From: Spirochaetia bacterium | GTDB taxonomy: Bacteria; Spirochaetota; Spirochaetia; DSM-2461 | Assembly: GCA_963666985.2 (NCBI GenBank) | Contig: CAXXIA010000001.1 | Span: forward strand, 192,001-256,000 | Direction of reading: 5' to 3' | Length of the DNA: 64,000 bases | Shown: piece after piece, positions 21,226 to 31,737 of the stretch | Position numbering within the stretch: position 1 is the stretch's first letter | How the letters are laid out: every line of letters starts with the position of its first letter | Notes under the pieces: generated by a model | Seen by the model: only the letters and a program-made list of their open reading frames with translations | Told to the model about the DNA's origin: nothing | Database searches by the model: none | Program-made: the position numbers and the translations under genes

Positions 21226-21673
21226 CCGATTCCCGGAGACTTAAGAGTTTCTCCGGAGGGTAGTCCATTTCCGCCACAAGGCTTTGGGGAACCTTCAGGG
21301 CTTTCCGTCTCAGCTCCCGGCCTTTTTGCGTCAGCCTGACGGTAACAACCCGTTCATCCGCACTCTCGCGCCGCCGCGTTATCAGTCCCTGCGATTCCAG
21401 GCGTTTGAGAAGCGGAGTCAGGGTATTCGTATTGAGAATCAGCGTGTCCGAAAGAAACTGTACCGGAACACCGTCTTTTTCCCAAAGTGCCAGCAGCACC
21501 AGATATTGAGGATAAGTCAGATCCATTTCCTCCAGAAGAGGCTGATATCGGCGGGTAATCAAGCGGCTGACGGCGTAGAAGGGAAAGCAAAGCTGGTTAT
21601 CCAGACGAAGCCATTCGTCATCCCTTTCGTCGGTATCTTCATCTTTTCTTGAGGCTTCCCGGCTGCCGCTCAT
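21194..21673 (-). CDS. ohrR: MarR-family organic hydroperoxide-sensing regulator (OhrR-like)
   Basis: LDNQLCF (redox Cys), LTYPQYLVL, TLTPLLKRLE, DER. Confidence 0.85.
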   Translation of the reverse strand: MSGSREASRKDEDTDERDDEWLRLDNQLCFPFYAVSRLITRRYQPLLEEMDLTYPQYLVLLALWEKDGVPVQFLSDTLILNTNTLTPLLKRLESQGLITRRRESADERVVTVRLTQKGRELRRKALKVPQSLVAEMDYPPEKLLSLRESVKDFLKNLQE

Positions 21674-22170
21674 GCCTCCAAAAGTCGGAGAATGTCCGCC
21701 TCGATGCTTTCCGGCTTAACCGCGGGAGCATACCGTTTCACCGGATTCCCATTGCGATCAACAAGAAATTTCGTAAAATTCCATTTGACTTTCTTGGAGC
21801 CGAAACGGCCTTTCATCCGTTCTTTCAGCCAGATGAAAACGGGATGAGTTCCACGGCCGTTCACTTCAATTTTCGCGAACATCGGAAAGCTTACCCCGTA
21901 ATTTAAAAGGCATCCCTGCCGGAGCGAGTCCGCATCCCCGGGTTCCTGATTGAGGAATTGGTTGCAGGGGAACCCGAGGACGAAAAAGCCCTTATCCTTA
22001 TGGAGCCGGTAGAGTTTCTCAAGTCCTTCGTATTGAGGTGTAAAGCCGCATTTGCTGGCGGTATTCACCACAAGAACGACTTTTCCTTTGAAGTCGGAGA
22101 AATCGACTGTCCGATTATCGAGAGAATTGGCCTGCAGACTGTAAAAGTCTTTTTTGCTGATGTTGTTCAT
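21670..22170 (-). CDS. Glutathione peroxidase-family protein (Cys type)
   Basis: VNTASKCGFTPQY, GFPCNQF, KWNFTKFL. Confidence 0.93.
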   Translation of the reverse strand: MNNISKKDFYSLQANSLDNRTVDFSDFKGKVVLVVNTASKCGFTPQYEGLEKLYRLHKDKGFFVLGFPCNQFLNQEPGDADSLRQGCLLNYGVSFPMFAKIEVNGRGTHPVFIWLKERMKGRFGSKKVKWNFTKFLVDRNGNPVKRYAPAVKPESIEADILRLLEA

Positions 22171-22177
22171 ATTGGGA

Positions 22178-22229
22178 AACATACTGTGCGCGAATAGAAA
22201 TGTCAAGCAAGATAATATCGCGTGCGATA
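22178..22229 (-). promoter_or_regulatory. Promoter of gpx-ohrR with palindromic candidate OhrR site
   Basis: TTGACA (22206-22201)-17-TATGTT (22183-22178); palindrome TATCGC-GT-GCGATA at 22216-22229. Confidence 0.55.
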
Positions 22230-22412
22230 AAAAAATAGATCTGGTCGTATCTCAGTTCATTAATTATATTTTCTTTATTGAATATTATGCGAAAGCAGGT
22301 TCAATAGAGTGTATTTGTGTTTGAAGACAAGGCCGACGATCGGCGCATTGCCCGGTACGGCCCTGATGAGGGAACAAAAACGTATTCTAAGAGACTTGAA
22401 GGAAGGTGATTT

Positions 22413-22850
22413 ATGAAAAAGCTGCTGTTCGTGTTCATGGCCATTTTGATCTCGATACCGCTGTTTGCGGCGCAGCATCGCGTTCTTATCGTTAAGGAAG
22501 ATACGGGATATAAAAAGGCCCTCGTCCAAGCTCTGACGGAAGAGCTTAAACGAGACGGTACCGAGGTGGTTGTGATCGATCATAAAAACGGAGAACTGGC
22601 GGGAGTCGATCCGGAGGATTATGATGCGGTTTTTATTACCAATTCGGGCGTTCAGGGCAGAGTCCGTCCCGATGTGGTTGAATGGCTTGATTCGGTTGCC
22701 GGCAGAGACGGCAACGTTATTCTCCATACGACACAAAGAAACGACTGGACTCCGGATGTTTCCGTGGATTCGATAACGTCGGCATCCCAAAAGAGCAACA
22801 TTAGCGAGCTTGTTGCCGATATTGCCGAAAGGATACGGAAGTTCTTCTGA
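22413..22850 (+). CDS. Hypothetical exported protein (possible flavodoxin-like fold)
   Basis: Signal peptide MKKLLFVFMAILISIPLFAA; GAAGGTG SD. Confidence 0.65.
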   Translation: MKKLLFVFMAILISIPLFAAQHRVLIVKEDTGYKKALVQALTEELKRDGTEVVVIDHKNGELAGVDPEDYDAVFITNSGVQGRVRPDVVEWLDSVAGRDGNVILHTTQRNDWTPDVSVDSITSASQKSNISELVADIAERIRKFF

Positions 22851-22851
22851 T

Positions 22852-24213
22852 ATGAGGGAATCTTCGGGAGCTGCCGGACGCATCGTGATTCTCTCGGTTC
22901 TATTTTTTCTCCTTCCGATGTTTTTTGCATCATTGTATTTTGCCGGAAACCTCTATTCGGCGGCGGAGATTGTCGAGCCGTATAATCTTTCCATCTTTTT
23001 CGGCGCGGCGGCGTATGTTCTGTTCATGGGGCAGTTTCTTCTTTCTTCCCGCATGAGGTTTCTGGAACGGTTTATTCCGCAGGATAGGCTTATTTCGATG
23101 CATTCCGTGTCCGGAATGATTATTGCCGGTTTTATTCTGATTCATTTTGTTTTGAAGTGGATTCTTGTTTTCGGATATACCGGGCCGACTCTTCAGGTAG
23201 CGCTGGGAGCCGCGGCCCTTGTACTTTACGCCGTTCTGGCGCCAATGGCCGTTTTTATCCTTCGCGGAAAGAGTGTCAAAGGGAAGAAAAGTCCGCCTTA
23301 TGAAAAGACAAAAACCTTCCATAATTTCTTCGCCCTCGCGGGTCTTTTTGCTGCTGCTCATGTTCTCTTTTCATCAAGTACCTGGTCCGCGGCTTTGAGA
23401 ATCTTCACCGCGGTTTGGGGAGTTCTGTGTCTGGGCGCCTATGTTCATCACAAAATTCTTCGTCCCCAAAAGCGCGCGAATCTGACTCTGGAAGAAATTG
23501 CCGAACTTACGCCGAATATTCATCGCTATCGTTTCGGCGGTGTGCTGCCGCCGACTCTGCAAAAACGCCGTCCCGGGCAGTTCGGCTATTGGTCCTTTAT
23601 CATCAATTGGGAAAAGAACAGCGATTGCGCCCGGTGTATCGGCCCCGAAGAACATCCTTTTACCTTTTCCACGCCGCCGGGAGAGAGTCTGGAAATTACC
23701 GTTCGATCCGATGGTGATTTTACACAATCCCTGCCGGCGCTCCCTTTGGGAACCGCGGTTTTTCTTGACGGTCCTTATGGAAGTTTCCGGCCCCGCGGAC
23801 TGCCTGAGGGAACTCCTCTGCTTTTTTTAGCGGGGGGAATCGGGATAACGCCCGTTTTAAGCGTTATTGCGGACACGGAGACTCGGCGGAAATATCCGAT
23901 GGCTCTGTTATGGAGCGTCAGGGACAAAGCCGAAGAATCGGCCGGAAGAGGATTGGCCGAATTCGCGGAGAACGATCAGATCTTCATGCGAACAATCAGA
24001 ACGCGGGAGTCCGTTTCCGAAGGAGCGTCCCGACATATCGATGCCACTCTGGTTCGGGAAGCTCTTGATTTCCTGGGAATCGGAAAGGGCCTTCACTCTT
24101 ATCCCGCCGTGTTCCTCTGCGGTCCTTCGGCGTTTTCCCAAAGCATGAAGCGTATTGCCCGTGAAATCGGTATTCCCCGAAGACGCATAACGGAGGAGCG
24201 ATTTTCCCGATAG
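22852..24213 (+). CDS. Ferric-reductase-like membrane oxidoreductase with FAD/NAD-binding domain
   Basis: TM helices with His pairs; EEHPFT, DGPYG, LAGGIGITP, FLCGP, EERF. Confidence 0.8.
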   Translation: MRESSGAAGRIVILSVLFFLLPMFFASLYFAGNLYSAAEIVEPYNLSIFFGAAAYVLFMGQFLLSSRMRFLERFIPQDRLISMHSVSGMIIAGFILIHFVLKWILVFGYTGPTLQVALGAAALVLYAVLAPMAVFILRGKSVKGKKSPPYEKTKTFHNFFALAGLFAAAHVLFSSSTWSAALRIFTAVWGVLCLGAYVHHKILRPQKRANLTLEEIAELTPNIHRYRFGGVLPPTLQKRRPGQFGYWSFIINWEKNSDCARCIGPEEHPFTFSTPPGESLEITVRSDGDFTQSLPALPLGTAVFLDGPYGSFRPRGLPEGTPLLFLAGGIGITPVLSVIADTETRRKYPMALLWSVRDKAEESAGRGLAEFAENDQIFMRTIRTRESVSEGASRHIDATLVREALDFLGIGKGLHSYPAVFLCGPSAFSQSMKRIAREIGIPRRRITEERFSR

Positions 24214-24407
24214 GATTCTCTTTCATCATGCTGAATTCGTTCCCGCGGATTCTGTGTTGTTCGGAGATCAAAAAAAAGCTCAATGGATTCGGGCGGTTAG
24301 CTTCTCCTTTGACGCCGAATTATGATTGTCTTAGGATTGATCCGATCCGGAGAATGAAGAGCCGGATTTGGCGGAGATTCCGCCGAAGGAGGAAGGCATA
24401 AGCCTCT

Positions 24408-26600
24408 ATGAATCCGATAAACGGTGAATGGTTTGAGATTGACGGTGTACGCGTCAAGCCCGGAAAGGCCGTTCCTTTCGGCGCGGCTCTCGTTCGGGAC
24501 GGAGTGCAGTTTTCCGTTTTTTCGCGTCATGCCACGGCCGTGTCCCTGCTTCTTTTCGATAATCCTCAGGACGTGAAACCTGCCCATGAAATCGTTCTAA
24601 AGCCCCGAATATTTCGAACCGGAGACTGCTGGCATGTTTTGGTGGAAGGTCTCGGCGCCGGTCAATTGTATCTGTATCGGGCCGACGGCCCATACAGTCC
24701 TGAAGAAGGGCACAGATTTAATCGGAATAAACTGCTTATCGATCCTTTTACCAAGGCTCTTACCGGAGATTTCCGCTGGGATTTAAGTGAATCCTTCGGC
24801 TACATCCCGGGGCATCCGGATGCCGATTTGTCTTTTTCCAAACGGGAAAATGCCGCCGTTTTTCCCAAATGCGTCGTCGTGGACGACGATTTCGATTGGC
24901 AGGGCGACAGGCCGCTGAATTATCCCCTGAATAAAACCATAATTTATGAAACCCATGTCCGCGGACTCACATCCCATCCGAGCGCCCGGGAACGTTTCGA
25001 CGTGAAGCATCAGGGGACATATCGGGGCGTTATGGAAATGATTCCCTTTTTGAGGGGACTCGGTGTAACCAGTTTGGAATTTCTGCCGGTTGCCGAATTC
25101 GACGAATACGAATACGAGGATCGAACCAATCCGATAAGCGGAGAACCGCTTAAAAATTACTGGGGATATTCGACAATCGCCTTTTTTGCTCCCAAAGGTT
25201 CTTACGCGACACTCAACACCCGCGGAGAACAGGTCGCCGAGTTTAAGGAAATGGTCCGGGAGCTCCATAAGGTCGGCATCGAGGTGATTCTGGATATCGT
25301 GTTTAATCATACCGGTGAAGGCGATCATATGGGACGGACCCTTTCGTTCAAGGGTCTGGATAACCGCATTTATTACATTTTGGATTCGAATCCCCGCTAC
25401 TATAAGAATTTTTCCGGATGCGGCAACACCTTGAACTGCAATCACCCGGTTGTTCGGGACATGATTATTCGCTGTCTCCGCTACTGGGTACAGGAAATGC
25501 ACGTGGACGGTTTCCGTTTTGATTTGGGATCTATTCTCGGGAGAGATCCTGAAGGCAATTTGATGGACAACCCCCCCGTTTTGGAAACCATCGCTCAAGA
25601 TCCGGTTCTTCGCGACACGAAGATAATCGCCGAGGCCTGGGACGCCGGAGGCGCCTATCAGGTCGGGCAGTTCCCCGGCGGCCGATGGGCCGAGTGGAAC
25701 GATCGGTTCCGGGACGATGTCCGTTCTTTTTGGCGTGGAGACGCCTCGAAAGTGAGCGCTCTCGCGACTCGTTTCAGCGGCAGCGCCGATCTTTATCTGC
25801 AAACGGGCCGCAAGCCTTACCACAGCATCAACTATGTAACGGCCCACGACGGATTTACCCTTTCGGATTTGGTCAGTTACTCAAAGAAGCATAATGAAGC
25901 GAACGGCGAGAACGGACGCGACGGCGCGGAGAATAACTTGAGCTGCAATTGGGGCGGCGAGGGTGAAGTCGGTATCGATAAGGTTTATTGGATGCGAAGC
26001 CGAATGACCCGCAACTTCCTGACGACATTGCTTCTTTCCAGCGGTACTCCGATGATTCTCGGCGGCGATGAAATCCGAAGAACTCAAGGCGGCAACAACA
26101 ACGCATACTGCCATGATAATGAAATCAACTGGTATGATTTTTCCCGCATGGATAAACATCCGGGAACCTATCGTTTCGCGCGGCTTCTTATCGCATTCCG
26201 AAACGCTCATCCGGCGTTTCAGCGGCAGGAGTTTTTCGTGGGGAGGGATTTGAGCAACAACGAGGTTCCCGATATCGGATGGTTCGATGAAAACGGTGCT
26301 CCCATGAATTGGGCGCGTTCGGAAAACATTTTGGCTTTGAGGATTGACGGCAGCCGGAAAGAAATTCATGCCGATGCCGATGATGTGGATATTCTGATTT
26401 TCTTTAACGCCTCGGGAGGAAGCGTCGATTTTTTGGTTCCCGAGCCGCATGACGATCAGCAATGGGTGCGTGTCATCGACACCGCCGAGCCCACGCCGAC
26501 GGATTTTCTGGAAGAAGGGGACGAAGAAAAACCGGTGGAGGCCGGAACCCGTTTCCGGGTTCGGGAAAGATCCATGGTTGTTCTCATCGGCATTCTTTAA
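24408..26600 (+). CDS. glgX: Glycogen debranching enzyme (GH13 isoamylase)
   Basis: NYWGYST, DIVFNHT, DGFRFDL, IAEAWD, TAHDGFTL, GNNNAYC. Confidence 0.95.
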   Translation: MNPINGEWFEIDGVRVKPGKAVPFGAALVRDGVQFSVFSRHATAVSLLLFDNPQDVKPAHEIVLKPRIFRTGDCWHVLVEGLGAGQLYLYRADGPYSPEEGHRFNRNKLLIDPFTKALTGDFRWDLSESFGYIPGHPDADLSFSKRENAAVFPKCVVVDDDFDWQGDRPLNYPLNKTIIYETHVRGLTSHPSARERFDVKHQGTYRGVMEMIPFLRGLGVTSLEFLPVAEFDEYEYEDRTNPISGEPLKNYWGYSTIAFFAPKGSYATLNTRGEQVAEFKEMVRELHKVGIEVILDIVFNHTGEGDHMGRTLSFKGLDNRIYYILDSNPRYYKNFSGCGNTLNCNHPVVRDMIIRCLRYWVQEMHVDGFRFDLGSILGRDPEGNLMDNPPVLETIAQDPVLRDTKIIAEAWDAGGAYQVGQFPGGRWAEWNDRFRDDVRSFWRGDASKVSALATRFSGSADLYLQTGRKPYHSINYVTAHDGFTLSDLVSYSKKHNEANGENGRDGAENNLSCNWGGEGEVGIDKVYWMRSRMTRNFLTTLLLSSGTPMILGGDEIRRTQGGNNNAYCHDNEINWYDFSRMDKHPGTYRFARLLIAFRNAHPAFQRQEFFVGRDLSNNEVPDIGWFDENGAPMNWARSENILALRIDGSRKEIHADADDVDILIFFNASGGSVDFLVPEPHDDQQWVRVIDTAEPTPTDFLEEGDEEKPVEAGTRFRVRERSMVVLIGIL

Positions 26601-26656
26601 AGAGTTTTACCTTTATCGTCTTAACGAGGAATGCCGCTCTTGTTATTCTTAAATCC

Positions 26657-27748
26657 ATGATTTATCGCGAATACCAAGGCAAAAAGACCGCCGCTCTCGG
26701 ATTCGGCGGCATGCGGTTCGAATCCCCCGAAGATATCGATAAAAGCGCGGCTACGGTGCTGCGGGCGCATGAAAAGGGCATTACCTATTTCGATACGGCT
26801 CCGGGTTACTGTAACGACCGTTCGGAAATCATCATGGGAACGGCCATTACGGAAATGAAGAAGAGCGGGAAGCCCTTTACCATTTCGACGAAATCCATGA
26901 AAAAAGACGGCGATGACTTGCGGAGTCAGCTGGAAGAATCTCTCCGAAGGCTCAATGTTGATCGAATCGATTATTTCAACTGCTGGTACGTTCTGACAAT
27001 GCGGGACTGGGAGAGCCGTAAGGCTCAAGGGGCCGTTGAGGCGATTCTGAAAGCGAAGGAAGAGGGGCTTATCGGGCACGCGGTGTTTTCCACGCATATG
27101 TCCGGTCCTGATATTCGGTCCGTTGTTGACGAAGGTTATTTCGAGGGTGTAACGCTGGGATATTCGGCGATCAATTTCCCGTTCCGACAAGAGGGCGTCC
27201 GTGCCGCGGCAAAGCGAGGCATGGGCGTGGTGGTGATGAATCCCCTTGGCGGCGGATTGATTACGTCCAATCCGGAATCTTTTGATTTCCTCAAAGTCCA
27301 TCCCGATCAGAGCATTCTGGAAGCCGCTCTTCATTTTCTTTTTTCCGATTCCCGGATAACCGTTTCTCTTGTCGGTTTTCGGAATGATGAAGACGTGGAT
27401 TCCGCCGCGGCCGCCGTGGAAAGCTTTCGGCCGTATTCGAAGGAGCGGATTTCCGATATCCGCGGGAAGGTTCAGCAGGAGTTCAATGCTCTCTGCACCG
27501 CCTGCATGTACTGTAAAGATTGTCCGGAGAATATTCCCGTTTGGGCGTTTATGGAAACCTGGAATCATATCAAGCTCTCCGGCGGCGATACGGCTTCGGG
27601 CCGTTTGGCGAATTACTGGGGTGTTGCTTTGGAAGAGCTTGAGAGGTGCACGCGCTGCGGGAAATGTGAGCGGGCCTGTACGCAGAAATTGCCGATTCTG
27701 GAGCGTTTTGAAGAGGTGAAGGCCGCTGCGGCGGAGAAGTCCGCGTGA
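26657..27748 (+). CDS. Aldo/keto reductase with C-terminal 4Fe-4S dicluster domain
   Basis: [34 protein letters not shown] and [11 protein letters not shown]. Confidence 0.88.
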   Translation: MIYREYQGKKTAALGFGGMRFESPEDIDKSAATVLRAHEKGITYFDTAPGYCNDRSEIIMGTAITEMKKSGKPFTISTKSMKKDGDDLRSQLEESLRRLNVDRIDYFNCWYVLTMRDWESRKAQGAVEAILKAKEEGLIGHAVFSTHMSGPDIRSVVDEGYFEGVTLGYSAINFPFRQEGVRAAAKRGMGVVVMNPLGGGLITSNPESFDFLKVHPDQSILEAALHFLFSDSRITVSLVGFRNDEDVDSAAAAVESFRPYSKERISDIRGKVQQEFNALCTACMYCKDCPENIPVWAFMETWNHIKLSGGDTASGRLANYWGVALEELERCTRCGKCERACTQKLPILERFEEVKAAAAEKSA

Positions 27749-28467
27749 TCCGCCCGCAAAAGGGAAATCCCATCGTTGTTCTGACCGGGGCCGGAATCTC
27801 CGCCGAATCCGGTATCCAGACCTTCCGCGGGGCCGACGGATTATGGGAAAACCATCGCGTCGAGGATGTGGCCACTCCCGAGGGATTCGCAAGAAATCCG
27901 GATTTGGTGCAGCGATTTTACAACGAACGGCGCCGTCAGCTCCTTTCGGGAAGCGTTGATCCGAATCCGGCGCATAAGGCTTTGGCCCGCCTCGAAAAAG
28001 ACTATCCGGGCCGTGTGACCGTGGTAACGCAGAATATCGATAATCTTCATGAGCGCGGCGGCAGTAAGAATATTATTCATATGCACGGTGAACTTCTTTC
28101 CGGTTTCTGCGCCTTCTGCGGCAGCCGATTCCCTCTGGAGGGCGATCTGCAAACCGGAGAAACTTGCGATTCCTGCGGAAGAATCGGCGGTTTGAGGCCG
28201 GACATTGTCTGGTTCGGTGAAATGCCCTACCGCATGGAAGAAATCTATGAATTGCTTGCCGAATGCGGTCTTTTTATTGCCGTCGGGACTTCCGGGAATG
28301 TCTATCCGGCATCCGGTTTCGTGGATATCGCCCGCAGCGGAGGGGCGGCAACTCTGGAAGTAAATCTGGAACCCTCATTGGTACGGAATCATTTTTCCGA
28401 TCACCGGTATGGCGAAGCCGGGACGATTCTGCCGGAAATCGTGGATGAAATCCTGGCCGCAAGCTGA
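27745..28467 (+). CDS. cobB: NAD-dependent protein deacylase (sirtuin)
   Basis: [51 protein letters not shown]. Confidence 0.95.
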   Translation: MIRPQKGNPIVVLTGAGISAESGIQTFRGADGLWENHRVEDVATPEGFARNPDLVQRFYNERRRQLLSGSVDPNPAHKALARLEKDYPGRVTVVTQNIDNLHERGGSKNIIHMHGELLSGFCAFCGSRFPLEGDLQTGETCDSCGRIGGLRPDIVWFGEMPYRMEEIYELLAECGLFIAVGTSGNVYPASGFVDIARSGGAATLEVNLEPSLVRNHFSDHRYGEAGTILPEIVDEILAAS

Positions 28468-28487
28468 GGAAGTTCTTGAGATTATGA

Positions 28488-28629
28488 GAGGCTCTTTCAA
28501 AAATAGTGGATTTGGTTTGTAGACAAGGCCGCCGGAGCGCAGAAAGCGCAGTGTAGTCGCTCTACAGGAGCATTTCGAGCACCGCCGAACGCTGTATACG
28601 AGTCAAAGGCGCATTTTTGAAAGAGCCTC
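28488..28629. mobile_element. 142-bp MITE-like non-autonomous element
   Basis: Perfect 17-bp TIRs GAGGCTCTTTCAAAAAT (28488-28504) / ATTTTTGAAAGAGCCTC (28613-28629); flanking direct repeat ATGA at 28484-28487 and 28630-28633; no transposase. Confidence 0.8.
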
Positions 28630-28710
28630 ATGACATAATGGATATCGGCGCTGTTGAGTGCATCGCATTGAAGAATATCAATCCCTGACCGGGAAAGGAG
28701 CGATCCGGCA

Positions 28711-29718
28711 ATGACGGAAAAAATGAAAGTCTTTATCGAGAATATGCCTAAGGCCGAGCTTCATCTTCATCTTGAGGGAAGTCTTGAGCCTGAGTTAAAA
28801 TTCAAACTGGCCAAAAGAAACAACCTGGAACTTCCCTATAAAACCGAGGGTGAGATGAGGGCTGCATATCATTTTGATGATCTTCCCTCTTTTCTGGCGG
28901 TCTATTATGAAGGCATGAGTGTCCTTCTTAAGGAAGAAGATTTTTACGATTTGACATACGCCTATCTGACAAAAGCCGCATCCCAGAATGTCCTCTATGC
29001 CGAACTTTTTTTTGATCCCCAGGCTCATTTGATTCGGGGCGTTGATTTCGACACGGTCATTCAGGGGATTCGAAAAGCCCAGATCGACGGAGAAAAAGAA
29101 CTGGGAATCCGAACGCAATTGGTTATGTGCTTCTTAAGGGATGAAAGTGCCGAATCGGCTCTGAGCACACTGGAACAGGCTCTTCCCTATAAGGACTGGA
29201 TTATCGGTGTGGGGCTGGATTCCAACGAAAAGGATAATCCTCCTGTAAAATTCAAAGATGTTTTTTCCCGGGCGGAGGCTGAAGGTTTTAAGAAAACCAT
29301 GCATTGCGACGTGGATCAGGAGAATTCGACAGTCCATCTTTGGCAGTGTCTTAATGAAATTAACGTTGACAGGATCGATCATGGAGTCAATTCCCTGGAA
29401 GATGAAACTCTTTGTGATGAAATAATTAAGAGAGAGCTGGGCTTAACGGTTTGTCCTATTTCCAACGGATATGTCGCCGCCTCCCTGAAAGCCGCCGAAA
29501 TCAAGAAAATGATTGAAAAAGGCATGAGGGTAACGGTTAATTCCGATGACCCGGCCTATTTCCCGGGGTATATGAACGAGAATCTGATGGCTGTTGCCGA
29601 TGAAGTCGATTTGTCGTATCAGGATTTGAAGAAACTGCAGGAGAACGCCTTCTTATCCGCATGGCTTCCGGTTGAAGATAAAAATCAATATCTCAATATA
29701 CTGGCCGACTATAACTAG
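28711..29718 (+). CDS. Adenosine-deaminase-family protein, probably adenine deaminase
   Basis: PKAELHLHLEGSLEPE, SFLAVYY, RIDHG, LTVCP.SN, VNSDDPAYF. Confidence 0.9.
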   Translation: MTEKMKVFIENMPKAELHLHLEGSLEPELKFKLAKRNNLELPYKTEGEMRAAYHFDDLPSFLAVYYEGMSVLLKEEDFYDLTYAYLTKAASQNVLYAELFFDPQAHLIRGVDFDTVIQGIRKAQIDGEKELGIRTQLVMCFLRDESAESALSTLEQALPYKDWIIGVGLDSNEKDNPPVKFKDVFSRAEAEGFKKTMHCDVDQENSTVHLWQCLNEINVDRIDHGVNSLEDETLCDEIIKRELGLTVCPISNGYVAASLKAAEIKKMIEKGMRVTVNSDDPAYFPGYMNENLMAVADEVDLSYQDLKKLQENAFLSAWLPVEDKNQYLNILADYN

Positions 29719-29829
29719 CCTATTTGTTTGCTGCGGATTTTTTTGCATCTGCGATTTGAAGCGAGCGATTTTTCCGCACAGGCAAATGGTGGAAAACACG
29801 GTTTCAGCAAAGCTTCGGGATTCGGACAA

Positions 29830-30717
29830 TCAGAGAAGTCCCGCTAAATAGAAACTCAGAGGGATTGTCAGAATCCCCAGGACGGTCGTTACCACAACCA
29901 TGGTGCCGCCGAAGTCCGCGTTCGATCCGTACCTGAGAGGAAGAACCGACGTAAAAACCGCAGAGGGAAGGCAGGAGGCAATAATAACCACGGTTCGGCC
30001 TAAATCCTCCAAACCGAAGAGTACCGATGCGCTCCAGCCGAAGAAAAAGTCCCCGATAAAGCGCAGAATAAGGGCGACGATAAGGTGTCGATTGAAATGG
30101 AAGCGCATTTCTCCGAGGGCCGCGCCGAGTGTAAAGGCGGCCAGAGGCGGCGCGGTGTTTCCTCCGAACTCCATCGCGTCTAAAAGGGAATTCGGAACGG
30201 GAATGGAGAGAATCTTAAATGTAAAGCCGAGAACAATGGCCCAGAGAATAGGTGATTTGATCATTTCTTTCAGACTGCGAGGACCGAATCCCCCGGTAAT
30301 GACGGCAATTCCCAGAGTGAAAATGTAGATGGTTTGAATCTGATCGTAGATAACAATCAGATTCATCGCCGCAAGACCTCCCCATAGCTTCATCAGGGGA
30401 ATCCCCAGAAAGCCTGAGTTCATGAAGATGACCGAAGGAGAGAACGTTCCGAAATCAATTCCGCAGATTTTCGAATAGATCCATGATGTCGCGAATAAAA
30501 GAAAAACGACAAAGGTTGTCGCTCCGGCCAGTTTGAAAATGAGCCCCGGAGAGGTATCGCCGGTATAGAGAGACTGGAAAATCAGAAGGGGCATCAAAAA
30601 ATCCGTAATGGCTTTAACAAGAGTATCCTGCGAGAGCGTGTGGAATCGGGAGAGAAGATATCCGCCTCCCACCAGAAGCAGAATGGGCAGCAGAAGCACG
30701 AAGGAATCGAGAATCAT
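29830..30717 (-). CDS. AEC (auxin efflux carrier) family transporter
   Basis: FMNSGFLGIP, about 10 hydrophobic helices, LPSAV. Confidence 0.85.
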   Translation of the reverse strand: MILDSFVLLLPILLLVGGGYLLSRFHTLSQDTLVKAITDFLMPLLIFQSLYTGDTSPGLIFKLAGATTFVVFLLFATSWIYSKICGIDFGTFSPSVIFMNSGFLGIPLMKLWGGLAAMNLIVIYDQIQTIYIFTLGIAVITGGFGPRSLKEMIKSPILWAIVLGFTFKILSIPVPNSLLDAMEFGGNTAPPLAAFTLGAALGEMRFHFNRHLIVALILRFIGDFFFGWSASVLFGLEDLGRTVVIIASCLPSAVFTSVLPLRYGSNADFGGTMVVVTTVLGILTIPLSFYLAGLL

Positions 30718-30737
30718 GAGAGTAGATCACCCCTGCT

Positions 30738-31565
30738 TTATTCGAGTAAAAGATGTTCGAGATTTACGACATCGGCGGCGGAAAGTTCCAAACCCTTTCG
30801 GATGTACTTTTTCAAATCGCCCCAGTGCTCGTCAATGGCGGCGAAGGCCGTTTCAAGGTAATCTTTCTCAACTCCCATAAGGGATCTGATAAGATCCGCC
30901 TTGATGCGGAACATCGACATGGCCCGGATTCTCCAGACCAGTTTCTCATTTTTACCGGCGATATAGGTGTTGGTTTTCAGATAATCCCGCATAACGGTTT
31001 CATGGGGAACTCCCAGGATGCGCATGAGAACGGCCGCCGCAAATCCCGTTCGATCTTTTCCGGCCGTACAATGGAAAACTTGAGGCAGAGCTTCGGAGTT
31101 TTCCAGGATATCATGAAGCCAATCACGGTATACGGCGGTGTATTCGGTTACAAAGAGCCGATTGACTTCATGGAGATACTGTTTGGGATCGGTATCGATT
31201 TTTCCTTTGACATAGGCTTCGAATTTTTCCCAGGCATCGGGACCCGCGACATCAATGGGACGTTTTTCGTGAAAAACACCTTCCGGAATTCGATTTGGGC
31301 GGCTTTCACGTTCCGCGGGGCCTCTGAAATCGGTGATTTTCTTGATTCCCAGTTTTCCGATGTAGTCCAAATCCGCGGAGGTGAGTTTCCCGAGATGATC
31401 GGAACGGTACAGGAGTCCCCATCGGAGGGTCCGTCCGCTCTGTGTTCGGTATCCTCCGATATCTCGGAAGTTAACCGTTCCGTCGAACGGAAGCCTGCGG
31501 AGATCTTCCCTTTTTTCCAAAGGAAGTTTATAGGGGATGGGGCGTGTTTTTCGAACTCTCGGCAT
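30738..31565 (-). CDS. Tyrosine-protein phosphatase (Y_phosphatase3/IphP-like)
   Basis: NFRDIGGY, LYRS, HCTAGKDRTG, DYLKTN. Confidence 0.9.
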   Translation of the reverse strand: MPRVRKTRPIPYKLPLEKREDLRRLPFDGTVNFRDIGGYRTQSGRTLRWGLLYRSDHLGKLTSADLDYIGKLGIKKITDFRGPAERESRPNRIPEGVFHEKRPIDVAGPDAWEKFEAYVKGKIDTDPKQYLHEVNRLFVTEYTAVYRDWLHDILENSEALPQVFHCTAGKDRTGFAAAVLMRILGVPHETVMRDYLKTNTYIAGKNEKLVWRIRAMSMFRIKADLIRSLMGVEKDYLETAFAAIDEHWGDLKKYIRKGLELSAADVVNLEHLLLE

Positions 31566-31737
31566 GATACGGAATCATGCCATGATTTCCATGAGAAAAC
31601 GAATAGGACGCGGAAGAAACCGTCCTCTTTTTGGGATTTTTTCGTAAATCAATGGAGATATGCCATGGAAAATAGTGTGTATGGGCTACTCCGTTGCTCT
31701 TTACCGTCGTTTCGAATATGAGCAGTATTGTGATGTA

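Noticed and set aside
21670..22170. Selenocysteine in the peroxidase
   Set aside because: Active-site codon is TGC (Cys)
22291..22375. Hammerhead-like CTGATGA preceded by a GGCCG/CGGCC stem, with an upstream GAAA
   Set aside because: Required UH cleavage site reads AA and stem II cannot form
28634..28710. Purine riboswitch upstream of the deaminase
   Set aside because: No TTTCTAC/CCGTAAA core
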